This document shows positions 15,220 to 29,914 of a stretch of DNA of 64,000 bases, piece by piece. The notes below the pieces were generated by a model. The model made no database searches. It saw nothing but the letters and a program-made list of their open reading frames with translations, and had not been told where the DNA came from. Position numbers and translations under genes: made by a program. This stretch comes from the human T2T-CHM13v2.0 reference genome, Homo sapiens, in NCBI RefSeq assembly GCF_009914755.1, contig NC_060941.1, one strand, 5' to 3'. Every line of letters begins with the position of its first letter. Within the stretch, counting starts at the first letter, position 1.

Positions 15220-15400
15220 ATATGTAATTTCATTTAATTCTTACAACTAGTGTGAGAGACCAGTTTTATTTCTCTCCATTTTTATAGGTGAGAAGTTGAG
15301 GTTCAAAAGGACTGATTGCCTAATATAAATAAAACGGAAAAGCTAGGATTTGAACCTATCGTTTTTCTGACTCCCAGACTCAGGTACTTTCAACCACACC
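15220..15400 (-). mobile_element. MIR
   Basis: tcatttaattcttacaac...ccatttttataggtgagaa...ggatttgaacc. Confidence 0.65.
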
Positions 15401-15971
15401 TGTGTAGGTAGGCTACCATCATATTTTTCTCCCTCTTCCTGGTAACTCCTAAAGTCACCTGAAGTCACCTAATAGATCTTGGAATGAGTTAGAAGTTCCA
15501 CTAGGCCAGCACAAGGCAGGATCGCATGAGTCTTCTCATGCACTAATCAGACCAGGGTGTGGGGACGGAGGAGAGGAAAGACTTTCTAGTAATCATGGAG
15601 GAAGCAAGTATTACCCCCATGTCTCAAACCCAAATCAGTCTCACCTGGAAAAATCTCTCCAAGGCAACATACCTTAAACTCATGAGCACTTATTTGTGTA
15701 TCTCCTACATCATCGAGTGTCATCCTTGTCTATGGGGGCAAGTGATTGTTGAAATGAGTTGACTCATCTATGGTGAAGAGCTATATGGATGTCTGGAATC
15801 AGAATGTTCCCGAGGTTTTTAAGTCTTGAAATAATCAGTTAAGTGCATAGAATTTGTTCTATTTGCTCTCTCTCAATATGGAAATGGAAAGACCCTTCTT
15901 TGCATGTTTAATTGGAGAAGGCACTCTTACTTAACAGGCTTACAGAAGCATGTCCTCACCATGTGCACTGA

Positions 15972-16301
<330 letters not shown>

Positions 16302-17272
16302 TGAATGCACTTTTTAAATTAAAAATACAAACATACAAACAAAAGAAAACAAAACAAAAAACACCCTCTCTGTGTAAAGCAGCTTAATTATCCACCAATT
16401 CTTTGTTATTGTAGAGCAGTAGTTACGCCCCTAAGAGAGATGACCGCAGAGAATTACAAAGAAAAAGCCTGCTGACCTATATACATGCTTATTCCTTATT
16501 TCAACTGACAATATGGAAATGATAGAAGATACTCCCTTTAGTACCTATGGATTTTCCCACGTTCTTTTATAGAAACTTTGGGGTCCCTCAAGATGAAAAA
16601 AAGCTATCCTCAGATCCTCACTTACTCCTGTAATACAGTGAACATCACAGAGTAAAACAGAGTCTGAGCAAGATCCCTCTTGGTAAATAGTCTGCTGCTG
16701 AGACTGCCCCTTGGCACTTGGCCACTGTGACACCAATTTCAAAAGGTTAGATCTAAATGGCAAATGTTCTTAAAATATCCTCTTAATTATCTGTTGACTT
16801 TAAAAATCATATTTAACAGTAGTATTCATTTATGTCCTAAATGGGAATTGTCTTGTTTTTCTCTTTGGTGCCCTTGATATTAAATTGCTGTGGTTTGGGG
16901 AGAATTCTAAGTGGACCCCGTTTGTTCTTATTGAGGGTGGGCCTTGAGGCACATACTGACTTTCTGTGAATTTGTCTGTCTACAGAGCAAGGGGTCTGGG
17001 TGACTGTGTCAGAATGTGGGGTAAGGTGTGGCAGTGTGTGGGTGGGGATTAGAAGCCTCCAACTTGCCTAGGAACATCTCTCCATTCTTTATTCTTGAGC
17101 CAGACTTACAATCTGAAGAGTACTCTCTGCGTACTTTGAAGAAGGCGCCATGATGTTTCTTGGGGCGGTACACACTTGCAAATGAAAAGTCATATTATAC
17201 TTGGTAGATTTCTCATCACTTATGGTTATTTAAGCAGATGAGAAGGAATTCTACAAAATAAGTACATAGAAA

Positions 17273-17547
17273 GGCTGACGCGATGGCTCAATGCCTGTAA
17301 TCCCAGCACTTTGGGAAGCCGAGGCGGGTGGATCACGAGGTCAGGAGATTGAGACCATCCTGGCTAACATGGTGAAACGCTGTCTTTACTAAAAATACAA
17401 AAATTAGCCGAGTGTGGTGGTGCATGCCTGTAATCCCAGCTACTCAGGAGGCTGAGGCAGGACAATCGCTTGCAGTGAGCTGAGATCGCGCCACTGCACT
17501 CCAGCCTGGTGGCAGAGTGAGACTCCATCTCAAAAAAAAAAAAAAAA
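17273..17547 (+). mobile_element. AluSc-like with internal right-arm deletion
   Basis: TSD aagtacatagaa; aatcgcttgcagtgag lacks the aacccgggaggcggagg segment. Confidence 0.93.
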
Positions 17548-17909
17548 GTACATAGAATAGTCAGATATGAAAAAAGGCATAAATTATACTTTGTATAGTG
17601 ATTCCTCTACTCATTCTTGATAAACTGTAGAATACTGCTTCCCTTGTCACACAATCCTTTTAATTAAAAAAAATGCAATGATATGCTTGCTGAATTTTTA
17701 CAAGGAAGATTCTTAGGTCAGCCTTTGACATGGAGACATGTACTCGCTGAATGAATAAATCAAGATAGAAAACCTTATTTATTTAGCCAGAAATGTGCTG
17801 TGCAGCTCTTCCCTGGAGCTCCCAGAATTTCCCAGTAGTGGATCTCATAGAAAGAATTCACAGGTGAAGCTTCAGCAGAAAAGGAACCAGAAAGATAATC
17901 ACTAATGTT

Positions 17910-18152
17910 CTTTTCCTCCCCTCCCTTCGTCTCCCCTCCCCTCCCCTCCTATCCCCTTTTTTCCCTTCCCTTCTCCTCCCCTCCCCTCTCCTTTCCTTCC
18001 TTCTCCTCCTGTCCCCTTTCTTCCTCCTCCTCCTGTCCCCTTTCTTCCTCCCCTCTCCCCTCCCCTCCCTCCCCTCTCCTCTCCTCCACGTCCCTCCCTC
18101 TCTTTCCCGTTTTCTTTCTTATTTCTTCCTCTACTCCCTCTTCCTCCTCCTT
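17910..18152. repeat. polypyrimidine (C/T) low-complexity tract
   Basis: ~240 bp of cctcc/cttcc units. Confidence 0.9.
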
Positions 18153-19034
18153 TAAGAAATGACATAATTTAAGACACTGCTGCAGATGATTTAAAACATA
18201 TATTTACCTTCCTTTTTTGGATATGACCTAAAAGGAAAAAGTGATGTAAAGGAAGAAAACGACAGGTTAGAATAACTCCTCCTCCTCCTCTTCTGGTTAT
18301 AAAGATTGGTCTCCAGTAGCATAATATGAAGGGAGCTGGAGATGATCTGCTCAGTGTCAGGGTGGTGTTATGTGCTTGTCTGAAAAATGAAAAGATGATT
18401 TAATCTTGTGTATGTGTTTTAACAGGATTAACTTCATGACCCCATGGAGAAGGGGTAGAGTAAGGATCTCACACCAGTGGCCTAAGGAAGTACAATTATG
18501 GAAACTGGAGGGTGTGTGCTAACTACCAACCAGTCCGGAACTTCAGTTGTGTTCATAAGGGTCCACACAACAACCTTCACCCTTGCCCAGGCTGTAAACC
18601 TCATCTGGGTTATTTTGACTCTCCATCCTGAAGTTATTTTTCTTCCCCAGTGCAGTTGAGAACTCTTTCATCAGGTCAGCAGGGAAAGGCATACGAAGCA
18701 GGATAATCTGGAAATGTGCTGGGAGAACTCTTTTTGTCCATGAGCTAAACATACCTTAATATATTACCTTGCCTTTAAAACAACAAACAAACAAGTAAAA
18801 AGCATACATAAGAACCAGAAACAAAATATTAACAATGACAATAACCAAACTAAACAAAAACAAAAACTATCTTGTACTGCTCCGGGTTGCAGGTTTTTAA
18901 CATAACTAAGAAATTGTTATTAAAATAAGAGATATTCATTGGGAAAATGTAGATAAGCAAGTAGAAAAAGATGAAACACAGTCTTAGCATTCAGAAATAA
19001 CTCTGGTTATATTTTTTGGGTTTAGACTCTCAAA

Positions 19035-19052
19035 GTGTGTGTGTGTGTGTGT
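19035..19052. repeat. (GT)n microsatellite
   Basis: gtgtgtgtgtgtgtgtgt. Confidence 0.9.
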
Positions 19053-19625
19053 CTTTCTCTCCTACACACAACCAATACAAATATAAATTTACCAAAATGA
19101 AAACATATTTGCTCTTATTACTCTTAATAAGCATACTCATTCTTTAATAACTGCAAAATATGTGATCATATGAGTGTACTATAGTGAATGTAACTGGCTA
19201 TTACTACTGTGTATGTAAGATGTCTTGCATTTTTTCTTTCTTATAAATTGCTTTATAAAAATTGTTCTTGTAGCCAAGTGTTTGTGACGTTACAAATGTT
19301 TACTTAGGATAAATTCCTAGAAGCAGGATTTCTATGTTAGAGGTTAAGGACATTCTGAAAGCTTTTGTTGTTAAGTAATGCGAAGACACCAAGAGGTCTC
19401 ACCCACACATTCTTTTGTCAGCAGTATATGAGATGCCTAGATTCTCACTACTCCTGAGGGTAATCATTGAAGTTAAAGGAAATACTTAAAAGTGGATTTT
19501 TGAAGAGGAATGACTAGGCAGTTTAATTCTGCCTTTTGGAACATTCAGACTTTATTGCCAGACCAGTCTTTTTCGGGAATTCACTTGTTACCAAATGACT
19601 TAGAGTCACACTGAAGGCTGAAGCC

Positions 19626-19660
19626 TATAAAAGGGGTCACACCGATGGTATTGTTCATTC
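19626..19660 (+). promoter_or_regulatory. candidate TATA plus Inr core promoter
   Basis: TATAAAAG at 19626 and TTCATT with its A at 19657 (31-nt spacing). Confidence 0.3.
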
Positions 19661-21229
19661 ATTTATAAGAAAGATCACGTCTTTCTTGCTTTATTCAAAG
19701 GAGCGGAAGCTGGTTTGCTTCCAGCTGGGATATCCTGATTGGAAGTCAACTCGGACAGTCAGCTTTGCTCCTTCCTTACCATCCTCTTAGTGCAAGTTCC
19801 TCAAAGAAGACTGATGTGTACACAGTCTGGTTTGCACATATACAATGCATCAAACACATGATCTGCTTTGCTCATCCTGTGTGGCTTTGGGGTCCAAGGG
19901 GAGGGGAGAGGAAAGAGGCTGAGAAAATGGGCATTTCTTCCTGGTAAGTCCATATCAAAGATCAGTGTTTGGCTCACCAACAGCTGCTACACTAATTATT
20001 CATCTTAATAACAATGAGTAACGATGTTTAAAAATCCCGAGTGCCTATCAACACTACATTTAGTGCTATACAATATGCTTAGCTCAAAGTCCTCATTGGA
20101 CATTTTATAATAGCCTTTAAAATAATACTTACATTTTCAAAGCCCTTTACCGTGGATGAAGTGTTTTCATATTGATAAGTGAATGTACAATGGGTGGTCA
20201 GATTTGGTGGTATTTCATGCTTTTTACCTGTGTTTGAATAGTGCTCAATTTCAGGCCTTCTGACTATTCCTTCTGTTTCATGTCTACTGTTTAAATCCTT
20301 ACTTAAAAAAAACCAATGATGGGCTCAAATCTCTTATCGTATTTCTTAATGGGATGGGATAAAATGAAGGATGTGGTTAGCTGTGATGACACATTTAAAT
20401 AAATAGAAAAAATAGAAAAGTCAATCATGTGGCAAGATATGCTTTCACTTAGTGCCTTGTCCCCTGGAAGTCAACATGAAAAAGTGCTCTGGGTCTTGGA
20501 TTAGAAAAAGCCCCAAACATCTTTCATGCATGGCTGGAAGTGTAAGACTCGTTATCCTGGCTCTAATCCAGTGCAAAGGGGAATTTCAAGAGCTGGTTCA
20601 CATATTTGTAATTTTCCAGTTTTGAGCATACACTTCCTATCCTGGCCATTTGTGCTTTCTGGGGGAAGCCAGCAAATTGCTTGTGCAGAGGGAAAATGCT
20701 TCTTGATATCTTAAAACCGTAAAGTGCTGTGGGATATTTTTGGATAAAGAGTTGAGGGAGATCATTAATTTTGTAACCACTGTGTTGTCATTAGCACAGT
20801 TCTAGGCTTACAATGTTTTATTAGTGTGGTTTGCATGATTAGTTTACTTGGAGAATTATTATAAATTATTGATGCTATCATTCTGCTGTGGGGAAGCCTA
20901 GCGAACTGGAGGAAATAAAAAAGGCATAGATTTTGTTGTTGTTGTTTTTAATCCTAGTTTATGAGCTGCAGTACTCACTAAAGTGCTTTGGAAATCTACT
21001 AAAAAGTTTGTTAATTCAGGAAAAAAGATACTGGTTCAGAGGACCACCAGAGGAAGCTTCAGGGAGCAGAGGGGCTCCGGAAGGTCTTTAAGCAGGAAAA
21101 TAGTACTATGAGCAACAAACTACCTTGTTTGATTGAAATGGAGCATTTTCTAAGAAGTTGAAAGGCAATGGGGTCAAAAAGATAAAACTTTTTGTCATTT
21201 AGCTAAAAAGTTTAAGAGTAGCTTTCAAG

Positions 21230-21590
<361 letters not shown>

Positions 21591-24379
21591 ACTTTCAAGA
21601 AGCCAGAGCTAAGTGCTAGGAGAAATCTCCCAAGAAGATGGACACAGGTGATGTATCCTACATAGTAAGCCACATGGCCCATCATGGCTGCTTGCTGCAT
21701 GAGAGGCTGCCCTTCTTGCAACTAAACATGACGACCATGACTGGCCAGAACCCTTGCTGGAGGAAGGAGAGAAGAGCAGAAGGCATTTACATAAAAGATA
21801 CATCAACACTTCTCATTGTGAAAATATAAAAATAAACCCAAAGCCCTTGTTGGTGGCCGACCCTCAATCCTGGCACTGTTGCTGGATTGACTTATCCTTC
21901 TAGATGAGCTATGCTCTTTTGTGATTTGGGCTTTCTGTAAATGGTATCCCACTGCACACCCAAACATAAACGTGCTTGTAACATGTCAAGTATCTCTTGA
22001 AGCTCTTTCTGTATAAGTATACTTAGAACCACTTTTAATTTTAAACTGCAGATTGCATGTTATAGTAGGATGTACTCTATATATGTGGTCATTCTCCTGT
22101 AAATAGACAGTTAGGTTTTTCTGATGCTGCCTGCCGGATGAGAACAATGTTGTGGGTTCCAGGTGTTTAATGTCAGTTATTTTCTACCCAGTCAGGTGAA
22201 GAAGTGATATTCCGCGAATGTCTAAGGTTGGCTGGCCAGCAGAGTTTGGACGGTTGAACACACTTTTTGGTTCTGCCTCTGCATGGGTAAGCGCGTAAGA
22301 CCCGTGTTGTTGCTTCTACTTAGCCTTAGAGGAAAATGTCTTAACTACAGTGTTGAGGGAACTATGTTCCCATCAGGGGACACCTGCATTTATTCCATAG
22401 GACAGTTACGTTATGTTAATATTTTTCTGATTTTCCTCTCCTTTCTGTAAGGGTAAAGGAAAAAAAACTTTTAACCTATGTTTTAGACTTCAGTGAGAAC
22501 CCTCTCCTATATTCATACTTTCATTACTTTTCAGTAGATTCATAGAAACATCTATGTAGACTTAACAGTTTGGCCATTAGCTTATGGTAAAGCTTAGGAC
22601 ATATTCTTCCTAGCCTAAATGTGAGTATTCATTTGTGATTTAAATGACTGTGTTGCCTTTTTGTTTTGTGACTTAGACAGGGCTGATACCGGTTATGGGA
22701 TGTGTGTATTATCCTAGCTCCCATAAAAGGGGCTGATTTTCCTACTAAAATCATTAAAGAAGCAAAACCTATTATGGGAAATAATGATTAGATCACAACA
22801 TCCTCGATAAATAGAGAACTGGCTAGTTAAAATGACCTAGTTAAAAATGTTAATTTTGTTCATGGGTTTTAAAGTTTTATATTCCTGTTTAGCAGGAAGG
22901 GAGAATTTATTTAGGACTGAATGGAAGCTATTACAGGTGGTATTATTATTATAGAGTAACCCATGAAGAAGGATATTTTGTTTAAGCCTTCAATATCATA
23001 CAATAAATATTAAGTATTTCATAAACAATAAAAATAATCTTTTCTCTGTTGACTTTGGTTACTGATACTATTTGAAATAGAATAATGGGTTCAGTTCAGG
23101 ATATCTGAGAGCAAAGATTACAAGGGAAAATTGCTGAAGATAAACCCCCCTCTCCTGCAATCTCTAAGGGCAGAGTTTATCTTGTCTGGTCTAACTCATC
23201 TGGGAATTTCAGACCTCTGAAAAAGTTCTGTTTGGAGTGAATGATTGGCCTTGAATTTTGACCTTTATAACAGAGATAACTTGGATTTTTTGGGAAATTT
23301 GATGATGATGTATAGTGAATTTTCTTATCTGGGAAAGATGAGTTTTTGAAGTGTTGTTATGGAATGGGTCTTTCTGGAAGAGTCTAGTTTTGATTCAAGC
23401 TAGCTTCCCAAATGCTGCTTGAAATCATAACATCTTGGAGAATGCTTGTACTGCTCTTAAGTAGGCAGGGGATCTTTGCTTATTCCCTGGCAGCGATGTA
23501 TGGCATTTCCAGTTACTCAGGCTTAGGAAATAGAGCAGTTTTCTTCCGCAGGACTCAACTCTGCACTCTGCAAAAGAATGGCCTCTTTAGGGTACTTTGG
23601 ATTTATTGTGCTAGTTTAAGCAAGGGGCACTTGACTGGGTATGATTTACTTTGTGTTTACAAGAGAAAAACAAATAAACAAACTTCCGTCTCTATTAGGT
23701 AATTGACAAATGTTTATGGAGTGTTTACTGTGCACTTTCAATTGTGCCATGCCCTTTTGGGGACATAAAAATAAATTATCGGAAGTTTCTGAATTACTTT
23801 CCCCCCAAACACCATTCTCTTCTCTAGGCAGGACTTTCCATTTAACTGTACCTAAAAATCCCAAGTCAGATAATTTTTGAGATTGTGTCTGCCTTCCCAG
23901 AAACATCAGCACATCTGGAGCTGTGGCCTTGGGGTTGCTTGAATTTGACTCCTTGCCCATTCTTCATGTCTGTGTTCTGGACCCCTTGCAGGTCAGCTTT
24001 TTGTTTTGTTCCTGTCTACTGCTGGCCTCTTCAGACCTTGCACTTGTCCATATGTCTGCTCCTGTCTGTTCCAAGTCAGGTTTCCAGCTTCACTGTCATT
24101 GGATTCAATTCCTATCAGCTACTGGGTCTGCTCCTGTCTTGGCCTTGCTTTGGTGACCCCCGTTCTACTCTTGGGCTCTAGATTCTCTTCCTTCTTTTAG
24201 CTCACAGCTTGGTGTTGAGCCATGGTTTATACCCATCATGACTTTATCCAGCTGTTTTCAAGGGGAGGCTGGGCAAGAGGATGTGTATGCCTTGGTGAAA
24301 AAGTATTACCTCTTTAGGGAAACTGGTTATACTGTCCAGGATACCTGTGGAAACACATCCGTGACATTAGTTGTGGCAA

Positions 24380-24590
24380 TAGCATGGCGGTGAGGAGCAC
24401 ATTCTGGAATTAGGTAACCTTGATTCTCTGTCCTTTGCCTCCCATCTGTGTAGCTTTGTAGGGGTTATTAATCCTCTGTTTCCTTGTATGTAAAATTTGA
24501 ACATGACAAATTTCACAGGGTTGTTGTGAGCTAGAAGATGCATAGGATATCCTTAGCATATAATAAATGCTCAGTAAATAATAGCTATTG
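24380..24590 (+). mobile_element. MIR
   Basis: agcatggcggtgaggagcac...tttccttgtatgtaaaat...gggttgttgtgag...tgctcagtaaat. Confidence 0.7.
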
Positions 24591-24699
24591 CTTTCACTAT
24601 AAATGTCTGGGGAATTGCAAGTAGCTTGGAGTTATTATTGCATGCTTTAATAACGTGGAAGTTATGCTACAAGCTTTGGTTAGTCTTTCTAATTTATTA

Positions 24700-25670
24700 C
24701 AACTGATATATATTAGGTATTTTCTATGAGCAAAGGGTTATGTCAAGCACTTTCCAGGATGTAAAGTATAGAATATGATTTCCCTTGAAAGAGGTTGCAA
24801 TTTATTAGGAAACAAACAAAACAATTTTATTAAGAGGCCAAATGTGATAGATGGTGCAAGGGAGATGCCAAGTCTAGTGGGAGCAGAAGGAAAGAATGGG
24901 GTGTCTAATGACTCAGAGAACTGGAAAGCGCTCCGTCAAGTAGAGGACATCTGAACTGGACCTTGAAGGATGTGAGTATTTCTGAAGACAAAGAAGGGAG
25001 ATGTAGGAATTTGAGTAGGCAGATATTGAGGTAAGAAGGCATATTTAGGGTAAAGTAACCTTGAGCAGGCAGATATTGAGGTAAGAGGAAATATTTGGGG
25101 AAAGTGGTCTTACAGTGTTATTTAAATTGGGGATCTTTGTAAATGTACAATTGGAGACCATTGTATGAATGATCTCAAATGTCAAATGTCATGGCCAACA
25201 AATTTAGACTTTATTCTATGGCAAGTGGAGAGTGTTGAGCAGCAGAGTGTTATAATCAGGTCACATTTAAGGAAAGATTGGCTGGAATAGATCCTGAGAT
25301 GAACTGGAGCTGCTGTATTAGACCTGGAGGCAGTGGGAAGCGAGAACAAATTATTGCATTTGTCTAGGTAGGAGGAATCCTAGATCGTATTAGGATATAA
25401 GAGAGAAAACATGTAAGAGTCATTTCAGTGGTTGAAGCAAGAGGACTGATTGAATTTAGAAGGCAGGGAAGGTGGATACATTGGAGAACTCATTGGAGTC
25501 TGGGAGTCTGGGAAAACAGTGACATCATTAACATAGAAATGGAAGGAAGGAGAAGGATAAAGAAAGATGATCAGTCTTGTTTAGTACATATAGACGTGGT
25601 ATCTAGGACTAGTGGCACATTCTGGTGGAAATATTTAGCAGCCAGTTGGAAAGACCTTGTAAGGTAGCAC
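24700..25670 (-). mobile_element. L2 fragment
   Basis: ggacatctgaactggaccttgaaggatg...tttagactttattct...gagcag. Confidence 0.6.
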
Positions 25671-25851
25671 TGCTCAAATCCCGTTGGGATTTAGTTTGTT
25701 TTTAAATCCATGTAGGCTAGAATCCTTCTCATACTTCTTGTACTCAGTATTTTTTTTTTTGCGCTATTCTCCTTAGCAGCATCTAATACCAGTTTTCCCC
25801 TTTGGAGGTTTGCCCAGTGGTGCAGTTAGGGAAATAATGATAATGATTCTG

Positions 25852-25855
<4 letters not shown>

Positions 25856-25893
<38 letters not shown>
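25856..25893. repeat. (GT)n microsatellite, ~19 units
   Basis: uninterrupted gt repeat. Confidence 0.95.
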
Positions 25894-25895
<2 letters not shown>

Positions 25896-25914
25896 TATAG
25901 CTCAGTCTATAAGG

Positions 25915-26070
25915 GAACGTGCAATCTTTAACTTATCTGACCTCTGTTTTCTAACTTGTAAAATACGATGAATAATAATCACCTTATCTATCTCCTGGAA
26001 TAGTTGTGTGTCCAAATTAGAATGTGACTAAAAACACAATTAAAGTGCTATATAAATAAAATGAATTATT
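25915..26070 (+). mobile_element. MIR
   Basis: aacttatctgacctctgttttctaacttgtaaaat...taaagtgctatataaat. Confidence 0.6.
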
Positions 26071-27479
26071 CTTATACTCATCATCAAAGTCCTTAGCGGA
26101 TGTCTTTCGTGTGACTTTTAAACCCATTCTCCCATTGCTTCCTATAAAGTAGGAAATCACCCAATGAGAACTCCTTTTTTTTTTTTTTTGGCATTAGCCT
26201 GTGAATCATAGACTTATTTCTTCTAAAGTGACAATTAAAAGCAAAGAGAAAGAAAGCCCAACTGCATAAACACATCTATTTATATTTTAAACTGAAAGTG
26301 CATTCACCCAAACCACAAAACCCCAAATCAACTTTTAGCTCCTTCCGAGGCCATGTCCAGCCCCTGGGCTCTCCCGGAGGTGAACTGCTGGGAAAGTGTG
26401 TGGGCTTCAAGCCCAGGATCGACTCAATGGCTTCTTCCTCTCCCCTCCCCACGCCTTCCCTCCAGCACACCTGTTTGCAGAACTTCTTCCTCTCTTGCCC
26501 AGGCATTTTGATTCTGGTCACGACCACCTGTGAAGGATGACGCAGATTTAGCCCTACGCACATCCTTGCCTTGTTGCTGTCTTCAGGGTCCCAAACTGGG
26601 TTGATTCACCCCACAGGACATTATTTTTAGCCTTTATCTCTTAGTGGTTTTGTTTTCTTTCCGCCGCCTTTTGACCTGAGAGCTGGAAATAAAGTCCGCC
26701 TTCCATAAAGACGAGAAAGTTGTCAGTCATTTCCTTCCTGCTCACATGAAAGGCCGGCCCAACGGAGCTTGCAGAAGACGCTGCAAGTTCCAGTTCACTG
26801 GGTCCTGAAAACACCCGCACTTTGGGAGTGAATTTCATTTCTTCCGTGTAGGCTAAGAAGAGAGGTTGCCTGGGCTAGGCAGCTGTTCTTTCAAAGGGTC
26901 TTGAAGATGCTCAAGGGAAATGCAATAAAAGAAAACCACATTTTCCCTCTCCTTTTGATCATGGTTGCTGAACCCAAACACCTGGGCAGCCTGCCTACTT
27001 TTAAATATTTGAAATAATTAAAAGAAATTCACAGGCAAAACGAGAAAGTATTGCTTTCAGCATGAAATCATATCACACTATAACATCATTGGACAGAAAA
27101 CTTAGTTTTTACTATGAAATAAAATATGAGAAATTGCTTTGCAAATTTTGTAAAGTGCTAGGTATATTAAAGATCTCGAAAATTATAGTTTGTTTTTTCT
27201 GATTCTGAAATGAATATATATGTATCTATATATATTCAAATGAAATAGAAATATATAAAAATAGAAAAATATATGAGCATGCAGTATCTTTTTCAATATC
27301 GGAATTCATTTTTGGGCTATTATAATTCAACCACTTGCCTATTGATATTATTTTTGGAGAGGTATTATCAATATTAGTGCCACTAATTTCCTCCTACATT
27401 TATGAGTGAACTTTTCTATCATTATCATTCAGATTAAATTCTAAATGTGTAATTACTGACTCAAGGCATACACAATTAA

Positions 27480-27690
27480 ATTAAAATTAAGTTATAGCTG
27501 ATGAATGAAAATTATATATATTTATGGTACGCGACGTTTTGATATATGCATACGTCGTGAAGTGGTTAAATGAAGCTAGTTAACATCTCCATTACCACAA
27601 TATACTTACTTTTGTTGTGAGAACATTTAACATCTACATCCTTAGCAGTTTTTCAAGTACACAGTATATTATTATCAACTACAGACACCC
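27480..27690 (-). mobile_element. L1MA 3' end nested in older L1M sequence (~27300-28120)
   Basis: aaaattatatatatttatggtac...gtgagaacatttaacatctac...tcaagtacacagtatattatt. Confidence 0.7.
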
Positions 27691-29486
27691 ATTTCTCCAG
27701 GAAGACAGTACCAATTTACAGTTTCTACAAAGGTGTATATAAATTTCCATTTTCTCAAACTCTTGCCAACAGAGGGTTTTGTTTGCCTGCTTCTCAATCT
27801 TTGTTACTTTGGCTGTCCTATTTGTTATTGGGTAACTTGAGTATCTTTGTGTATATTTGTGAGCTATTTAAATCTGTCTCTCATGAATTGTTTAATCCTT
27901 TCCCATTGTTTTTTCCTGTGAGGTTATCTTTTACTAATTGATTGATAAGAATCACTTTCCTATTGGGTATTAATTATTTTTCTCTTATATATGCAAATAT
28001 CTTCCCAGTTTGTCACTTGCATTTTTGCTGCCATACAATGTTTTTTTCCTTTGTTTTTAAGTGGCTAGGCATATTCATCTTTTCCTTTATGGTTTCTGCT
28101 TTTTGTGTTGGATGGCATTTTCTGTCACTGGATATGAGGCTTGCTTCTAGGCAGGCTTTGGAGCTGGACAGACTAACTTAAGCCTCACTTCTGTCTCACA
28201 TTGGCTGAGACTCCAAGAGGACAAATCAGTTGCCCAGGTCTGTGTATCGGGATAATAATCCATATTTCACAGTGTTGTTTAATAACTAGTAGGCTTAGGG
28301 GTCTAGAGCTCAGGACTAGGCTTGTCATAAAGGAGGGGCAGGGTGTTAGTTTCCTTTCTCCCTCTTATCTTCAAAATGAACTGGATACTGATTTAGTTCC
28401 TCTAAAGAAGAGAACAACAGGGATGAGAAGGTCTCTTTTACTGTCTTGCTTTCAGTTAATACTAATAAATGCTCTACAGGGAAGTGGTTCTCAGGATGTC
28501 CTATGGGTATCAAGGCAGTGCCTATCTCTTTCCTGCTTTAGCATATTGTTTTTGTTTTTTTTTTTTTTGGAAAAAGAAAGTAGGTAATTTCTGTTCCTGT
28601 ATTTTCATCAAGTTATACATTTTTTGAAAGAATAATTAGCCTCATGGCAAAATGCAACTCTCCTCAAAGATGAAAAACCAAAAAGATTAAATGTAGATGC
28701 TCGTGTGAAGGTTTCAGGTAAAACAGAGAGAAAAGACGAAGCTGAGGCATCCAGGAGATTCTTGGGAAAGAAGGGCTTCTTCCCTGTAGAAGAGACCTCC
28801 TTGGGACTTTATTATTTCTACATACACCTTTATGTTAACAAAATCTAGCCTCAGTCATTAAAAAAAGATCTGTTTCTGCAACAACCACCATATTCATTAG
28901 CACATCAAAAACTTTAGTTTTATATCGTATAGATAGAATGAAATATGAAAAGATGCCTCAGTAAGAGATTTACTTGGTTTCACCGTCCAACATCTAACTA
29001 CATCTTTTCATTCTCTCCAAAAATAATGAAGCCATAACTTTCATCCTTTGCAAAGAAAGTAAATTTTCAGGGAAGCTCCTTTTCTCTGCCAAGTGTAAAT
29101 TTTGAAACACTCCTCGGTTAGGTCTGCATGCACAAAGTAATGGAGGAAATACAACCAGCCAACAAGCTAATCCAAGAAATAGGAGCTCACTGTTACTTTA
29201 CTTACCTGAATATCTAAAATCTTGGTTATTTCAGCCTGAATTATACAGAATTATTGAATCATTTCTAAGTCATTTTGTGTGTGTAGGCACAGTCTATTTT
29301 AGGGCTCTATTCTTTATATCCATAATCAGATGAGCTAATGTATGAAATATTAAGCTTTATAACTCTTATTTCAATTTTCTTAATAATCTATCTCCTGCTT
29401 CTCATATAATAAAATTTAAATTTCACAAACTTATTTGAAATCATCACTATAGTGGGATTGAGGATAAATTCAGCATCTGTCATTAA

Positions 29487-29809
<323 letters not shown>

Positions 29810-29914
29810 TAAAGCCCAGAGTACAAATAATAATAATAGGGATAATAAGCTATATAAATTATTTATTAATAAAAATAATAATCAAATAGTATTTGAGTAC
29901 TTAGGATTGATTGG

